Shown here one piece after another: positions 11,101 through 19,553 of a stretch of DNA of 64,000 nt (position 1 is the first letter of the stretch; every line of letters starts with the position of its first letter). Both the position numbers and the translations under genes were made by a program. The notes beneath the pieces are model-generated. The model was not told where the DNA came from and did no database searches. It saw nothing but the letters and a program-made list of their open reading frames with translations. Source of the stretch: an uncultured bacterium (GTDB lineage Bacteria; Hydrogenedentota; Hydrogenedentia; Hydrogenedentales; CAILVY01); assembly GCA_937951485.1 (NCBI GenBank), contig CALEDJ010000045.1:139100-203099 (forward strand), given 5' to 3'.

Positions 11101-11468
11101 AAGCGGCGCATATTGTCGCGCAGGCCTACCGATTCAAACCCACGCCGGAATACGCCGTGTTCATCTACGACCAGTTGAACTGGATTCTCGGCAACAATCC
11201 CTTCGGCATCAGCCTGATGGAGGGCATGGGGACCCACTTCGCGCCGAGTTATTTCCACCGCGCCGTCGCCGCCGGCGCGCCCCGCGCGGCCATCGCCGGC
11301 GTCATCGCGCATGGTATCCGCGGCACCGCCCCCGGCGACGAGCGCCCCGCGTTTGACATGAGCGGCGATGAACGCCCCGACCCGCGTACCAACGCTTGTT
11401 CCCTTCGCGCCAACGCTCAGTGGATCAGTACCCTGGCGAATCTCAAGCGCCTGCGCATGGGCGAGTGA
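8160..11468 (+). CDS. secreted FG-GAP beta-propeller / glycoside hydrolase family 9 fusion protein
   Basis: 1102 aa with a signal peptide. Repeated xADxDxDGxxEhhh FG-GAP-like blades (LADLDHDGRYEVLV, IGDVSGDGGLDVVI, LADADGDGRTQILF). CelD_N-like Ig domain (RVFINQAGYE...). GH9 signatures LDGGWHDGSDYDK and C-terminal NPFGISLMEGMG...YFHR. Confidence 0.7.
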   Translation: MLGLIATGLLAFSAAGADAPPMQWAHMLTSPPHVAPLAADMHPNPGREIVVADAEAGTVYCLSGQGAVLWEFQTGADAPLRGTMALGRGRDRDTRLLAVPAGDTVIVLDAATGAERHRTEVGPMGLGGACWADLRDDEMDVMIVSTMENGVAAFDAEGTPLWTYTAEDHDDPLRMNGPPAAADADEDRIPELFFVAETGPFCLDADGRLRWRGASGGRFLGAAAVAPPDRDGVPRLYCVSAAPPALHACDAATGDALWQTPLQDAPDDATANAIALADLDHDGRYEVLVGDAAGRVYAIADSGTLLWTFQTQRPGPVAIAIGDVSGDGGLDVVIASADHGLYCLDRTGALQWRYEAGGPLLHAPALADADGDGRTQILFGAGDKAIRSIGPGGPFVPALMPWPGARADAARRGRPAIQEAFELDKDALEPIPDVAPLLLTGGFELPAQDTTGAEVSRPVGWTLESGDGAWILDETTRFAGKYALKVQPENEPIVVVSEIIAITPDLRCVNASVMASGEGMRAVLRWRKRDGVSREDAFLVRGAASEQWRRHVLHQARPPLDATGFQVVLRAEAPGEAAWWDEVHAEGNFERVPQARVFINQAGYEIQAPKRFTVWTSFPARNGRFAVTTASGPVYEGNLHGGERLIGAFNSDWGGYYWQGDFTDFDTRGSYTIAVELEGARANSPSFDVGPHLLWYRTVPQALRAFTLHRCGAAAPGRNTPCHLDDACGERLLDGGWHDGSDYDKTHALEYLWHLVNAYGVVRWRIDAAGPEMQPGAAWLEEIEWGMELALKAVNDDGAVCPMPVSDPEYWGPPESETDNEPNTGDERRIAGNEQESAAWCAAALARMARLFPEDNGQYAAAARRIVEKALKDGATGPLLFSAAMDLYLISRDETHAKIVHGWYPGPEPACAEAVAAYDALDIHASFNLAMALQAQADACLARANNPFGVCARNEEDRADFFGMGASDPAHLIGNTLYLLEAAHIVAQAYRFKPTPEYAVFIYDQLNWILGNNPFGISLMEGMGTHFAPSYFHRAVAAGAPRAAIAGVIAHGIRGTAPGDERPAFDMSGDERPDPRTNACSLRANAQWISTLANLKRLRMGE

Positions 11469-11617
11469 ATCGTTTTCATTGCAGATGACCAAAAACATCT
11501 GATGCAACCGTTGCCTTTTGTCCGGTCGGAAAAAGACGGCGACAAGGCATTATAATCATGCCCATGCGACAACCAGCCCCTAGTGGCACAAAGGGACAGA
11601 CAGAGGAGACTGATTTC

Positions 11618-13009
11618 ATGGAGTATCGGGTGGAACGGGACACGATGGGCGAAATGCGGGTGCCGGCGGACCGGTATTACGGCTGCCAGACGGCGCGTTC
11701 CCTGCATTTTTTCAGGATTGGCGAGGAACGGATGCCGCGCGAACTGATCCGCGCCTTCGGCATCCTCAAGAAGGCGGCGGCGCTGGCCAACTGCGATATG
11801 GGCCTGTTGCCGCAAGACTTGTGCGCCGTTATCTGCCGGGCGGCAGACGAAGTGATCGCGGGAACGCTGGATGACCACTTCCCCTTGGTCGTGTGGCAGA
11901 CCGGCAGCGGCACGCAGACGAACATGAACGCCAACGAGGTGATAGCGAACCGCGCCATCGAGATGCTCGGCGGAACGCTGGGCAGCAAGTCGCCCGTACA
12001 TCCGAATGACCACGTCAACATGTCGCAGTCCTCAAATGACACTTTTCCCACGGCGATGAGCATCGCGGCGGTGGAGCGCATCCGCGCGCGGCTCTTGCCC
12101 GCGCTGCGCGCGTTGCACGCGGTCCTCGCGGAAAAGGCGGCCGCCTTCCGCGACATCATCAAGATCGGGCGCACCCACCTGATGGACGCGACCCCGCTCA
12201 CGCTCGGCCAGGAGTTTTCCGGCTACGCGCAGCAGGTCGCCAACGGCATCGAGCGGGTCGAGTCCGTGCTGCCGAAACTGGCCGAACTCGCCATCGGCGG
12301 CACGGCGGTCGGCACGGGCCTGAACACCAAAAAAGGCTACGCGGAACTGGTGGCCGCGAAGATTTCGGAAATCGCGGGCATGCCCTTCACGTCCGCGCCG
12401 AACAAGTTCGAGGCGCTCGCCGCGCACGATGCGATGGTCATGGCGCACGGCGCGTTGAAAACCGTGGCCTGCGCCTTCATGAAAATCGCCAACGACATCC
12501 GCTGGCTCGGCAGCGGCCCGCGCTGCGGCCTCGGCGAACTCGTGTTGCCGGAGAATGAACCGGGATCATCCATCATGCCCGGCAAGGTCAACCCGACACA
12601 GTGCGAGGCGATGACGATGGTGGCGGGGCAGGTGCTGGGCAACGACGTGGCCGTGAACATCGGCGGCGCGTCCGGCAATTTTGAACTGAACGTCTTCAAG
12701 CCGCTCATCATCTACAACGTGTTGCAATCCGTGCGCCTGCTCGCTGATGCCGCCGATTCTTTCCGCGAGCATTGCGTGGCGGGCATCGAGGCGAACACAC
12801 GCGCCATCGCGGCGCACCTCTCCAATTCGCTGATGCTGGTGACCGCCCTGAACCGACGCATCGGCTACGACAACGCCGCGAAAATCGCCAAGGCCGCCCA
12901 CGCCAACGGCACCACGCTCAAGGAAGAGGCGGTCCGGCTCGGGCTGCTTACCGCAGAGGAATTTGACGCGGCGGTGGACCCGACCAAAATGATCGGACCG
13001 GCCGAATAA
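11618..13009 (+). CDS. fumC: class II fumarate hydratase
   Basis: [17 protein letters not shown] fumarase/aspartase signature. N-terminus [30 protein letters not shown] resembles FumC more than AspA. A GAGGAG RBS lies 10 nt upstream of ATG 11618, so the ORF-track start 11558 is probably too far upstream. Confidence 0.85.
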   Translation: MEYRVERDTMGEMRVPADRYYGCQTARSLHFFRIGEERMPRELIRAFGILKKAAALANCDMGLLPQDLCAVICRAADEVIAGTLDDHFPLVVWQTGSGTQTNMNANEVIANRAIEMLGGTLGSKSPVHPNDHVNMSQSSNDTFPTAMSIAAVERIRARLLPALRALHAVLAEKAAAFRDIIKIGRTHLMDATPLTLGQEFSGYAQQVANGIERVESVLPKLAELAIGGTAVGTGLNTKKGYAELVAAKISEIAGMPFTSAPNKFEALAAHDAMVMAHGALKTVACAFMKIANDIRWLGSGPRCGLGELVLPENEPGSSIMPGKVNPTQCEAMTMVAGQVLGNDVAVNIGGASGNFELNVFKPLIIYNVLQSVRLLADAADSFREHCVAGIEANTRAIAAHLSNSLMLVTALNRRIGYDNAAKIAKAAHANGTTLKEEAVRLGLLTAEEFDAAVDPTKMIGPAE

Positions 13010-13259
13010 CAGGCCCAGGAACACAAACGAAATGCATGCTGATGCGTGAACAACATACTGCCTTGTATGGTGAGTGCAGCGGAGCGGAACGCAGCACAGT
13101 CATCCTTTGGAGGGGCACTGGTGTGATTCAGGCACAGAAAGCATGGTGGACTCCATGGCATTTCATGCCGTCACACCGGCCCTGTGGTCTTCTTGGACGG
13201 TATTGACGGGATTCACAAGGCGGGTTCCAAGCAGTGTATTCTATTGTAGCACATTACCG

Positions 13260-14957
13260 CTACATGCGTTCGGGGGCTTGGATGCCGAGGATGTGCAGAG
13301 CATTGCGCAGGGTTTGCAGTGCGGCGCGACACAGGAGCAGGCGCGCCTCCATGATCGCGGGGTCGCCGGCCTGGAGCACGGGGCATTCGTGGTAGAAGGT
13401 GGTGAAGGCGCGGGCGAAGTCCAGCGCAAAGCCGGCGATGGGCGCGCAGGTGCGCTGGCGCAGGGCGGTGTCCACCACACCGGGGAATGCGGCCATGCGT
13501 GTCAACAGCGCCCACTCCGCGTCGGCGGCGAGGGGAAACGCATGGCCGGGCGTGTCGGGCAGGGGCTTGCCGTACTTGCGGAGGATGGAATTGATGCGCG
13601 CGCAGGAATACTGCACATACGGCCCGGTGTCGCCCTGGAATGAGAGGGCGGCGTCCATGTCGAAGATGACGTTCTTGTTCGCGTTGACCCGGAGCACCGC
13701 GAAGCGGATGGCCGCTACAGCGACCTGCTCGGCGATGGTCCGCTGTTCTTCGGGAGTGATGTCGTGGCATTGCTCCGCGACGCGTTCTGCGGCGAGAGCG
13801 GCGGCCTGGTCAAGGAAATCGGAGAGCAGCACGACATTGCCCTGTCGCGTGGACATTTTCCCTTCCTTGAGCAAAATGTAGGAGTAATAGACCGCTTCCG
13901 GCGCCTTGTGGCCCGCCGCTTCGAGGATCATGGCGAGTTGCTGGGCGTAGAGTTTGTGGTCTTCGCCGAGCACGATGAGGTTTACGTCCGCGCCCTTCTC
14001 TTCCTTGGCGATGGTATAGGCGAGATCGCGGCAGCCGTACATGGAACTGCCGTTGGCGCGCATGAGCACGAAATAGCGGCCTTCCTCCGCCGTATGGCCG
14101 AGTTTGGCCAAATCAACCACCAGCCGCGCTTCGTCGTCGGTGAACAGCGCGCCCCTGGCGCGGAGCGCCTCGAGCACGGCGTCGAGCCTTGGATCTTTGA
14201 GATATTCCGACTCATGGTCGAAGACATCATAGGTTGCGCCGAGTCTGGCGAGCACCGCGAGTTGTCCCTGCAGGCAGAGGTCGGTGATCCGGCGGAACCG
14301 TTCCTGGGTTTCGGGGTCTCCCTCCTCCATTTTCGCCAGCAGCGCGTAGCCCTGCCCGGCAAAGGCGGAATCTTTCTCGGCGCGGGCGTTCGCCCGGACG
14401 TAAGCATCCAGAATGCCATCAAAACTCAGGTCTTCGAGTTCATCGGCGATCAACACCAGCAGGCCGATCTGGCGGCCCATATCGTTGACGTAATAGTGCA
14501 CCTCCACGTCGTAACCCTCGAATCGGAACAGGCGCGCGAGCGCGTCGCCGATCATGGCGTTGCGAGCGCGGCCCACATGCGGGCTGGCGTTCGGGTTGAT
14601 GCTGGTGTGCTCTATCAGCGCGCGCATGCCGCGCCCGGACCCATTGGACCCGTGGCGGTCGCCGTCCGCCAGCACCGCCGCGACGATGCGTTTCGCGAAT
14701 GCGGGGCGGTCCAACTTGAGGTTGAGATAGGGTCCCGCCGCGGCGACGGAGATCACCTCGGGACCGAACGCCACCGACTCGGCCACTTCCTTCGCGAAGA
14801 GCACTGGCGCGGTCCCATGCTTCTTCGCGGCGAGAAACATGGGGACGGCCACATCGCCCAGTGCAAGGTTGGGCGGCGCGCTCAACGGCAGATCATCTTC
14901 CGCCAGTTTGGAATAGGCCTTGAGCATGGGCGCAAGGACGGATTCAAACGGTTGCAC
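13260..14957 (-). CDS. argS: arginine--tRNA ligase
   Basis: 565 aa; class I motif region INPNASPHVGRARNAMIGD and ArgRS-type KMSTRQG motif. Confidence 0.9.
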   Translation of the reverse strand: MQPFESVLAPMLKAYSKLAEDDLPLSAPPNLALGDVAVPMFLAAKKHGTAPVLFAKEVAESVAFGPEVISVAAAGPYLNLKLDRPAFAKRIVAAVLADGDRHGSNGSGRGMRALIEHTSINPNASPHVGRARNAMIGDALARLFRFEGYDVEVHYYVNDMGRQIGLLVLIADELEDLSFDGILDAYVRANARAEKDSAFAGQGYALLAKMEEGDPETQERFRRITDLCLQGQLAVLARLGATYDVFDHESEYLKDPRLDAVLEALRARGALFTDDEARLVVDLAKLGHTAEEGRYFVLMRANGSSMYGCRDLAYTIAKEEKGADVNLIVLGEDHKLYAQQLAMILEAAGHKAPEAVYYSYILLKEGKMSTRQGNVVLLSDFLDQAAALAAERVAEQCHDITPEEQRTIAEQVAVAAIRFAVLRVNANKNVIFDMDAALSFQGDTGPYVQYSCARINSILRKYGKPLPDTPGHAFPLAADAEWALLTRMAAFPGVVDTALRQRTCAPIAGFALDFARAFTTFYHECPVLQAGDPAIMEARLLLCRAALQTLRNALHILGIQAPERM

Positions 14958-15416
14958 GGGGACCCTCCGGGTTTGTATAACGGATTGCGATTGGGAGGCA
15001 ATTCTCTCGGAAATATATTATAATCCGTGAAGGAAACCGGGGCAAACCCTGATGCGGGGGCCTTCAACGCCAAAGGACGAAGGAAGAAAGGTCGAGCAAT
15101 GAAACATATTCATGCGATTTCGCGGATGGTCGCGCCGCCGCGCGCGCAAGTCTCGCTGGTCGAGACAATCATTCTGTATCTGATCGCCATCTTCTTCAAC
15201 ACCTGGGACAATTTCCCAACGGTCATTCAGAATCTCCAGAAATACTACGCGAAGACCCCGTAAGCATCCATTCCGCCGCTGAAGTGCTTCAAGAATGATG
15301 CCGCAGCGACAGGGCCTGCGCCTGATGATTTCAAGGATTCTTCCTCCACGCAAATCTCCGCTTGGGAATGCCTGACACATCATTGCTCTCTTATTCGAGG
15401 TTTTTCCGTCTTGTTC

Positions 15417-15689
15417 CCCTCACCCCATCCCTCTCCCAGAGGGAGAGGGGGGAAGGGGGCTCAGTGGGGGAGGGGGTTAATGACAAAACCTGATGAGTGC
15501 TGTCTCCCCCTCTCCCTCTGGGAGAGGGATGGGGTGAGGGGTTGCCGGGCACCGCTTCATGCTTCTCTCAGTTCGATCCCCCTCTCCCTCTGGGAGAGGG
15601 ATGGGGTGAGGGGGTGCCGGGCACCGCTTCATGCTTCTCTCAGTTCGATCCCCCTCTCCCTCTGGGAGAGGGATGGGGTGAGGGGGGGA
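15417..15689. repeat. 72/73-bp tandem repeat (about 2.5 direct copies plus one inverted partial copy), each unit containing a GC-rich hairpin
   Basis: Unit ccccctctccctctgggagagggatggggtgagggg[tg]tgccgggcaccgcttcatgcttctctcagttcgat occurs at 15506, 15578 and 15651 (partial). Its reverse complement is at 15417..15453. The core TCCCTCT-GGG-AGAGGGA is a 7-bp stem-loop. Confidence 0.85.
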
Positions 15690-15806
15690 TCGACGGAATG
15701 GAAGACTTGCCACAGTGCCAGGAATGTATTCGACAGCACTGATTGGAGATATTGCGTCTATCCGGTCCGCCGTAAGGCGTGTCTGCTTAAGATAGACAAA
15801 ACGCCG

Positions 15807-17300
15807 TCAAAATGAATAGCGTGCGCCGGCGTAGATGTTGGTGTTGCGCTGGAACTGGCCGAAGAAGGTGGTCTTTGATGTGCCCAGAAAGATGTTCGCG
15901 CCGCCCTCCACCGTCCAGTGATCATTGATTTTGTACTGCACGTTGGGGCGGAGGTAGGCGTCGAGGTCGCTCGGGCTGAAGTAGGTGAACATGGACAGGA
16001 TAAGGTTCTGGTTGAGCATGAGTCTGGTCAGGCGCGCGGTGATCACGTGGCGCGCCTGGTCCTTGGGCTTCACCCAGAACAGCAGGTTGCGCTTGTACTT
16101 GTCGTGGTGCATCATCACTTCCACGTAGTACTGGACGCCGCCCGTGAAATCCTTCATCAATTCGCGCTCATAGCCCGCCAGAAACCGGAATTCGCTGTTG
16201 TTGATGATCATGTTGTCGCCGGCGCGGTCCTGGCGCGAGTCGTAGTAACCGAGTTCGACATTCGCCATGCCCTTGCCGATGGGGCCGCGCAGGCTCGCGC
16301 CATACACGTTGAGCCGGGGGAAGCGCGCCTGCATGAACGGAATGATCCGCTGTCCGCCGGGGCTTTTCCAGAATCCGGTGTAGCCGTAGATCGCCGCTTC
16401 GTACTTGCCGAAACTGCGATAGGCGCGCAGCGCGATCTCGTGGTCCTTGAACCAGCCGTTGGGGGCGGCGTAGTCCAGTTCCCTGCGGCGGCCATCGTAC
16501 CGCTTGAACATCGGATTCCAGAAACTGATCCGGTCGCCGGTGATTATGCGGTCCGGATCGAAGAGCGGCGTGTACACCGCCTCGAAGTTCAGGAGATTGA
16601 AATACGCCCCCGCCTTGATCGCATTCGACGGCGCTTTGAGGTATTCCACGTCGCGTCCGATGAAGAACGAGTTCCAGTCTTTGGGGAACAGGTCGTTGAT
16701 GAAGAGCAGGTCGCCCGTGCCCCAGGTCAGAATCTGCCGCCCGATGCGGAAATCCAGATGCCGCGTCGCGGTCCATGTCAACCGCGCCTGGCGGACGTCA
16801 ATCCCGCTCTCATCGAAGACCACCCCGTCGAGATAGACGTCGGCGGTCGCCTCGGCCACCAGTTGCTTCCAGGCGTACTCGCTCTTCAACTGCACGCGCG
16901 TCTCCGCCATCGTCGCGGCCACGCGCGCCGCCGGATCGCGCTGCGTGCGCACGCCCCCGCGCGCTTCCCAGAACCCGTGGAGCGGCGGCAGCCGATCCCG
17001 CAGGCGCAGTCCTTCCCTGTCATTCTCCGGGGGCGGCGCTACTCCGGGCGCGGTATCCAACCCGACAGGCAGGGCGGGTTCCTCGGACGGCGTCGGCGCG
17101 GCAGGCCCCAACCCGGCGGGAAGTTCCGGCTCCGCCGGCGACGCCGGCGCTGTGGGCGCAAGCCCGGCGGGCAAATCAGGTTCTTCTTTCGCGGGCGGAG
17201 CAGCAGGCGCCAGTCCGGCGGGCAGCGGCGGCTCGGCAGCGTGCGCCGCCATGCCGAGCGCCACACTGAGCAGCGCCACAATCAAAAACCGTGCGGCCAT
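15807..17300 (-). CDS. outer-membrane beta-barrel protein with N-terminal proline-rich EPxLPAGLxPxAP repeats
   Basis: Signal peptide MAARFLIVALLSVALGMAAHA. Five EP(D/E)LPAGL(A/G)P(A/T)AP repeats. C-terminal ...GARYSF ends in an aromatic residue, typical of OMP beta-barrels. May be DUF1302-like. Confidence 0.6.
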   Translation of the reverse strand: MAARFLIVALLSVALGMAAHAAEPPLPAGLAPAAPPAKEEPDLPAGLAPTAPASPAEPELPAGLGPAAPTPSEEPALPVGLDTAPGVAPPPENDREGLRLRDRLPPLHGFWEARGGVRTQRDPAARVAATMAETRVQLKSEYAWKQLVAEATADVYLDGVVFDESGIDVRQARLTWTATRHLDFRIGRQILTWGTGDLLFINDLFPKDWNSFFIGRDVEYLKAPSNAIKAGAYFNLLNFEAVYTPLFDPDRIITGDRISFWNPMFKRYDGRRRELDYAAPNGWFKDHEIALRAYRSFGKYEAAIYGYTGFWKSPGGQRIIPFMQARFPRLNVYGASLRGPIGKGMANVELGYYDSRQDRAGDNMIINNSEFRFLAGYERELMKDFTGGVQYYVEVMMHHDKYKRNLLFWVKPKDQARHVITARLTRLMLNQNLILSMFTYFSPSDLDAYLRPNVQYKINDHWTVEGGANIFLGTSKTTFFGQFQRNTNIYAGARYSF

Positions 17301-17586
17301 TCCTGCTCCCCTCTCACCCAACAACCTACACCCATCCATGACACAAAGCCAACTCCTCATCCCCGCCCTTTGCCGCATCGTTCATTGGACCGATCTGTCG
17401 GATCAGACCGATCAGACCTGTCCCCCTCGGTACACCGCTCCTGCGGTGTAACGCACTACGGCGACGCTCCCGCGTCGCGCCGTGCGGCAGCGGGCTTCAC
17501 GGGAATACGTCAATCCCTGGCGCATAGCGCCTCAGTCATGCGTTGCACCGTGGGAGCGGTGCAACGAGGGGAAAATGCCCTAGAAA

Positions 17587-17931
17587 TCAGACGTCTTGCC
17601 CAAGAATACGATCCAGGGTATTCACCAGTTCTGGCAAACTGCCTACGATGGTATCCCACAGAATGTCATAATCCACAAAATCATATCCATGAATGAGGCG
17701 ATGTCGCATACTGATTACCTTCTGCCAGGGGATTTCCGTATAGCGCGCTTGGGTTTCCGCCGGGACCTGACTGGCCGCCTCTCCGACAAGTTCCACCAAG
17801 TGGGTCAGCGCCAGGCGCAGTTTCTCATCGGCAGCGAGGTCCTCCCGGACCTGTTCGGCGGCCATGGCGATGGCCTTTCGGGCATAGTCCCGCATGTGCA
17901 GCAGCCGCACCTTGGGGTCACGTCTTGACAT
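17587..17931 (-). CDS. hepT: HepT-like (DUF86) toxin of a HepT/MntA toxin-antitoxin pair
   Basis: 114 aa; conserved MRHRLIHGY (Rx4HxY) motif; overlaps the upstream MntA gene by 14 nt. Confidence 0.8.
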   Translation of the reverse strand: MSRRDPKVRLLHMRDYARKAIAMAAEQVREDLAADEKLRLALTHLVELVGEAASQVPAETQARYTEIPWQKVISMRHRLIHGYDFVDYDILWDTIVGSLPELVNTLDRILGQDV

Positions 17932-18262
17932 ACTGTGTCTCCGCCTCGGCGAGGACTTGGTCCCGGAAATACTTGCTCAGGCTTCGGGGGGTGTTGATCT
18001 CCACCGTCCGGCCCCCCATCATGCGCGAGAGTTCCTGCTCCATGTCGTAGAGTTCGAAAAGACCGACCCGCGCATCCGGTTCAAATTCAACCAACACGTC
18101 CACATCGCTGTCAGGGCTGAAATCATCCCGCAGCACTGAACCGAACAACGCCAACCGGTGAATCCGATGCCGGAGGCAAAATGCTGCGATTTCATCTTTT
18201 GGGATGTCAATAGTCGCGTTCATCTCATCACATGCCTCATTAACGACTCCATTATACAGCAT
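17918..18262 (-). CDS. mntA: MntA-like nucleotidyltransferase antitoxin
   Basis: 114 aa; LFGSVLRDDFSPDSDVDVLVEF nucleotidyltransferase motif; paralog of 5509..5823. Confidence 0.8.
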   Translation of the reverse strand: MLYNGVVNEACDEMNATIDIPKDEIAAFCLRHRIHRLALFGSVLRDDFSPDSDVDVLVEFEPDARVGLFELYDMEQELSRMMGGRTVEINTPRSLSKYFRDQVLAEAETQYVKT

Positions 18263-18329
18263 TCCCGGCGTGGCCGGTTTTCCCCCTCGTTACACCACGG
18301 GAGCGGTGTAACGAGGGGGAAAGAATTGT

Positions 18330-18680
18330 GTATTTCTTGGAGACCTGCGGTCCCATTGTATGAGTGGCTCCCGTAATGCTGGTAACGTAGACGCGGCATC
18401 TTGCCGCGTTGGTCTTATGCCGAAGCGGCGCGGCAAGATGCCGCGTCTACTTTATCCGGCGTGGCTCGGTTAGGTGATACAAGCAACGCGGCAAGATGCC
18501 GCGTCTCCTTTATCCGGTGTGGCGCGGTCCCGCCTTCGCGAGACGCTACGGCGGACTCGCAGGAAACCGGCCACAATAGGAATTTTCTGGAGACCTTCGG
18601 TCGTAGGTGTGGCGTGGTCCCGCCTTCGCGAGACGCTACGGCGGACGAGCAGGAGACCGGCCACAACAGAGAAATGGCGA
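18330..18680. repeat. complex palindrome-rich intergenic repeat block (REP/MITE-like)
   Basis: 22-bp perfect inverted repeat gtagacgcggcatcttgccgcg / cgcggcaagatgccgcgtctac (18389..18450) with a third direct copy at 18487. About 60-bp direct repeats gtggcgYggtcccgccttcgcgagacgctacggcggac... at 18519 and 18608. The ggagaccggccacaaYag motif at 18562 and 18652 is shared with 32255. Confidence 0.7.
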
Positions 18681-18682
18681 AC

Positions 18683-19492
18683 TCAGCGCAGGTATTCGCG
18701 CGGGGCGTTGCGCAGGAAGCGTTCGGTGAAGATGTTGTCGGGCAGGCCGACCTCGTAGGTGACGGTGGTGTATTCCATCACGGTCTCGCCGCCGATGTTG
18801 ATGTCTTCCATCTTCGCCCGGGTGACGGTCTGGTAACCCTGGATTTCCTGCACCTCGAGCGCCTGGGCCGTGCGATAAACCTTGCCGCCTTTCTCGTATT
18901 CAATCTTGACGGGCAGGAAGGTGCCTTTGTGCACATACACCTTGTAGGAGTCGAACTCGACCTGCCGGGGGTCCTTCGGGGTGTTCTTCACCACGTAGAA
19001 GTTCGCGGTGGTTTCCACGAGTTCGTGGTCGTCCTCGTCCAGCCCGCGCCCAGACACGTCTTCATAGAAGAAGTGCGAGCCGACGAAACTGGTGCGCTCG
19101 TCCGAAGCGGCGATGCGCCGCACCACGTCCAGCCCCGGCAGGTAGAGCCATCGGTCGTCATCGCGTCCGATGTGTTTGTGCACCATGAAGACCGTGCCGC
19201 GCACATCGGCGGGCGCGTGGAGATAGACGTAGAACTTCTGGCCCTCGTCGCGGTCGTCTGTGTTCAGGCGCAGGATGGTCAATTCGCGCTGGCGTTCGCG
19301 GCCCTGCGCGTCCCTGATGGTCATTTTGACCACGGCCTTGCCGTCCTTTCCCTGGTAATACGCGGCGTGGTTGGCGCGCTTGACGATCTCATTCACATCG
19401 GTCAGGTCCTGCGCCCGGGCGGTCACGCCCTGCGTCAAGGCCGTCACCAGCGTCGCCACCAGCGCCGCCCGAATCATCGCATGTTGTTTCAT
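18683..19492 (-). CDS. LolA-like outer-membrane lipoprotein-sorting family protein
   Basis: 269 aa with a signal peptide. Typical partner of MMPL/RND exporters in gene neighbourhoods; family assignment from overall pattern only. Confidence 0.55.
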   Translation of the reverse strand: MKQHAMIRAALVATLVTALTQGVTARAQDLTDVNEIVKRANHAAYYQGKDGKAVVKMTIRDAQGRERQRELTILRLNTDDRDEGQKFYVYLHAPADVRGTVFMVHKHIGRDDDRWLYLPGLDVVRRIAASDERTSFVGSHFFYEDVSGRGLDEDDHELVETTANFYVVKNTPKDPRQVEFDSYKVYVHKGTFLPVKIEYEKGGKVYRTAQALEVQEIQGYQTVTRAKMEDINIGGETVMEYTTVTYEVGLPDNIFTERFLRNAPREYLR

Positions 19493-19553
19493 CGTGGTTA
19501 CCTCCTTTGCTCACGAAGGCCGCTCCGGCCTTCGCCATGTTCAGTTTACTGCG

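Noticed and set aside
15560-15590. tRNA-like TpsiC sequence GTTCGATCC inside each 73-bp repeat
   Set aside because: Flanking 5-nt segments are not complementary, so no T-arm forms, and no acceptor or anticodon stems are apparent. I found no convincing tRNA anywhere in the window by eye.
15417-15689. CRISPR array
   Set aside because: Repeats are directly adjacent with no unique spacers, and the period (72-73 bp) and copy number are wrong for CRISPR. No cas genes are present.
15411-15815. 134-aa ORF with a thrice-repeated PLSLWERDGVRGCRAPLHASLSSI segment
   Set aside because: It is the translation of the 72/73-bp DNA tandem repeat. The repeat also reads open on the opposite strand. There is no start context or codon-bias support.
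17541-18319. Integron attC sites flanking the HepT/MntA cassette
   Set aside because: The hairpin repeats lack the GTTRRRY / RYYYAAC core sites, and no intI gene is present. They are better described as REP-like hairpins or a TA operator.
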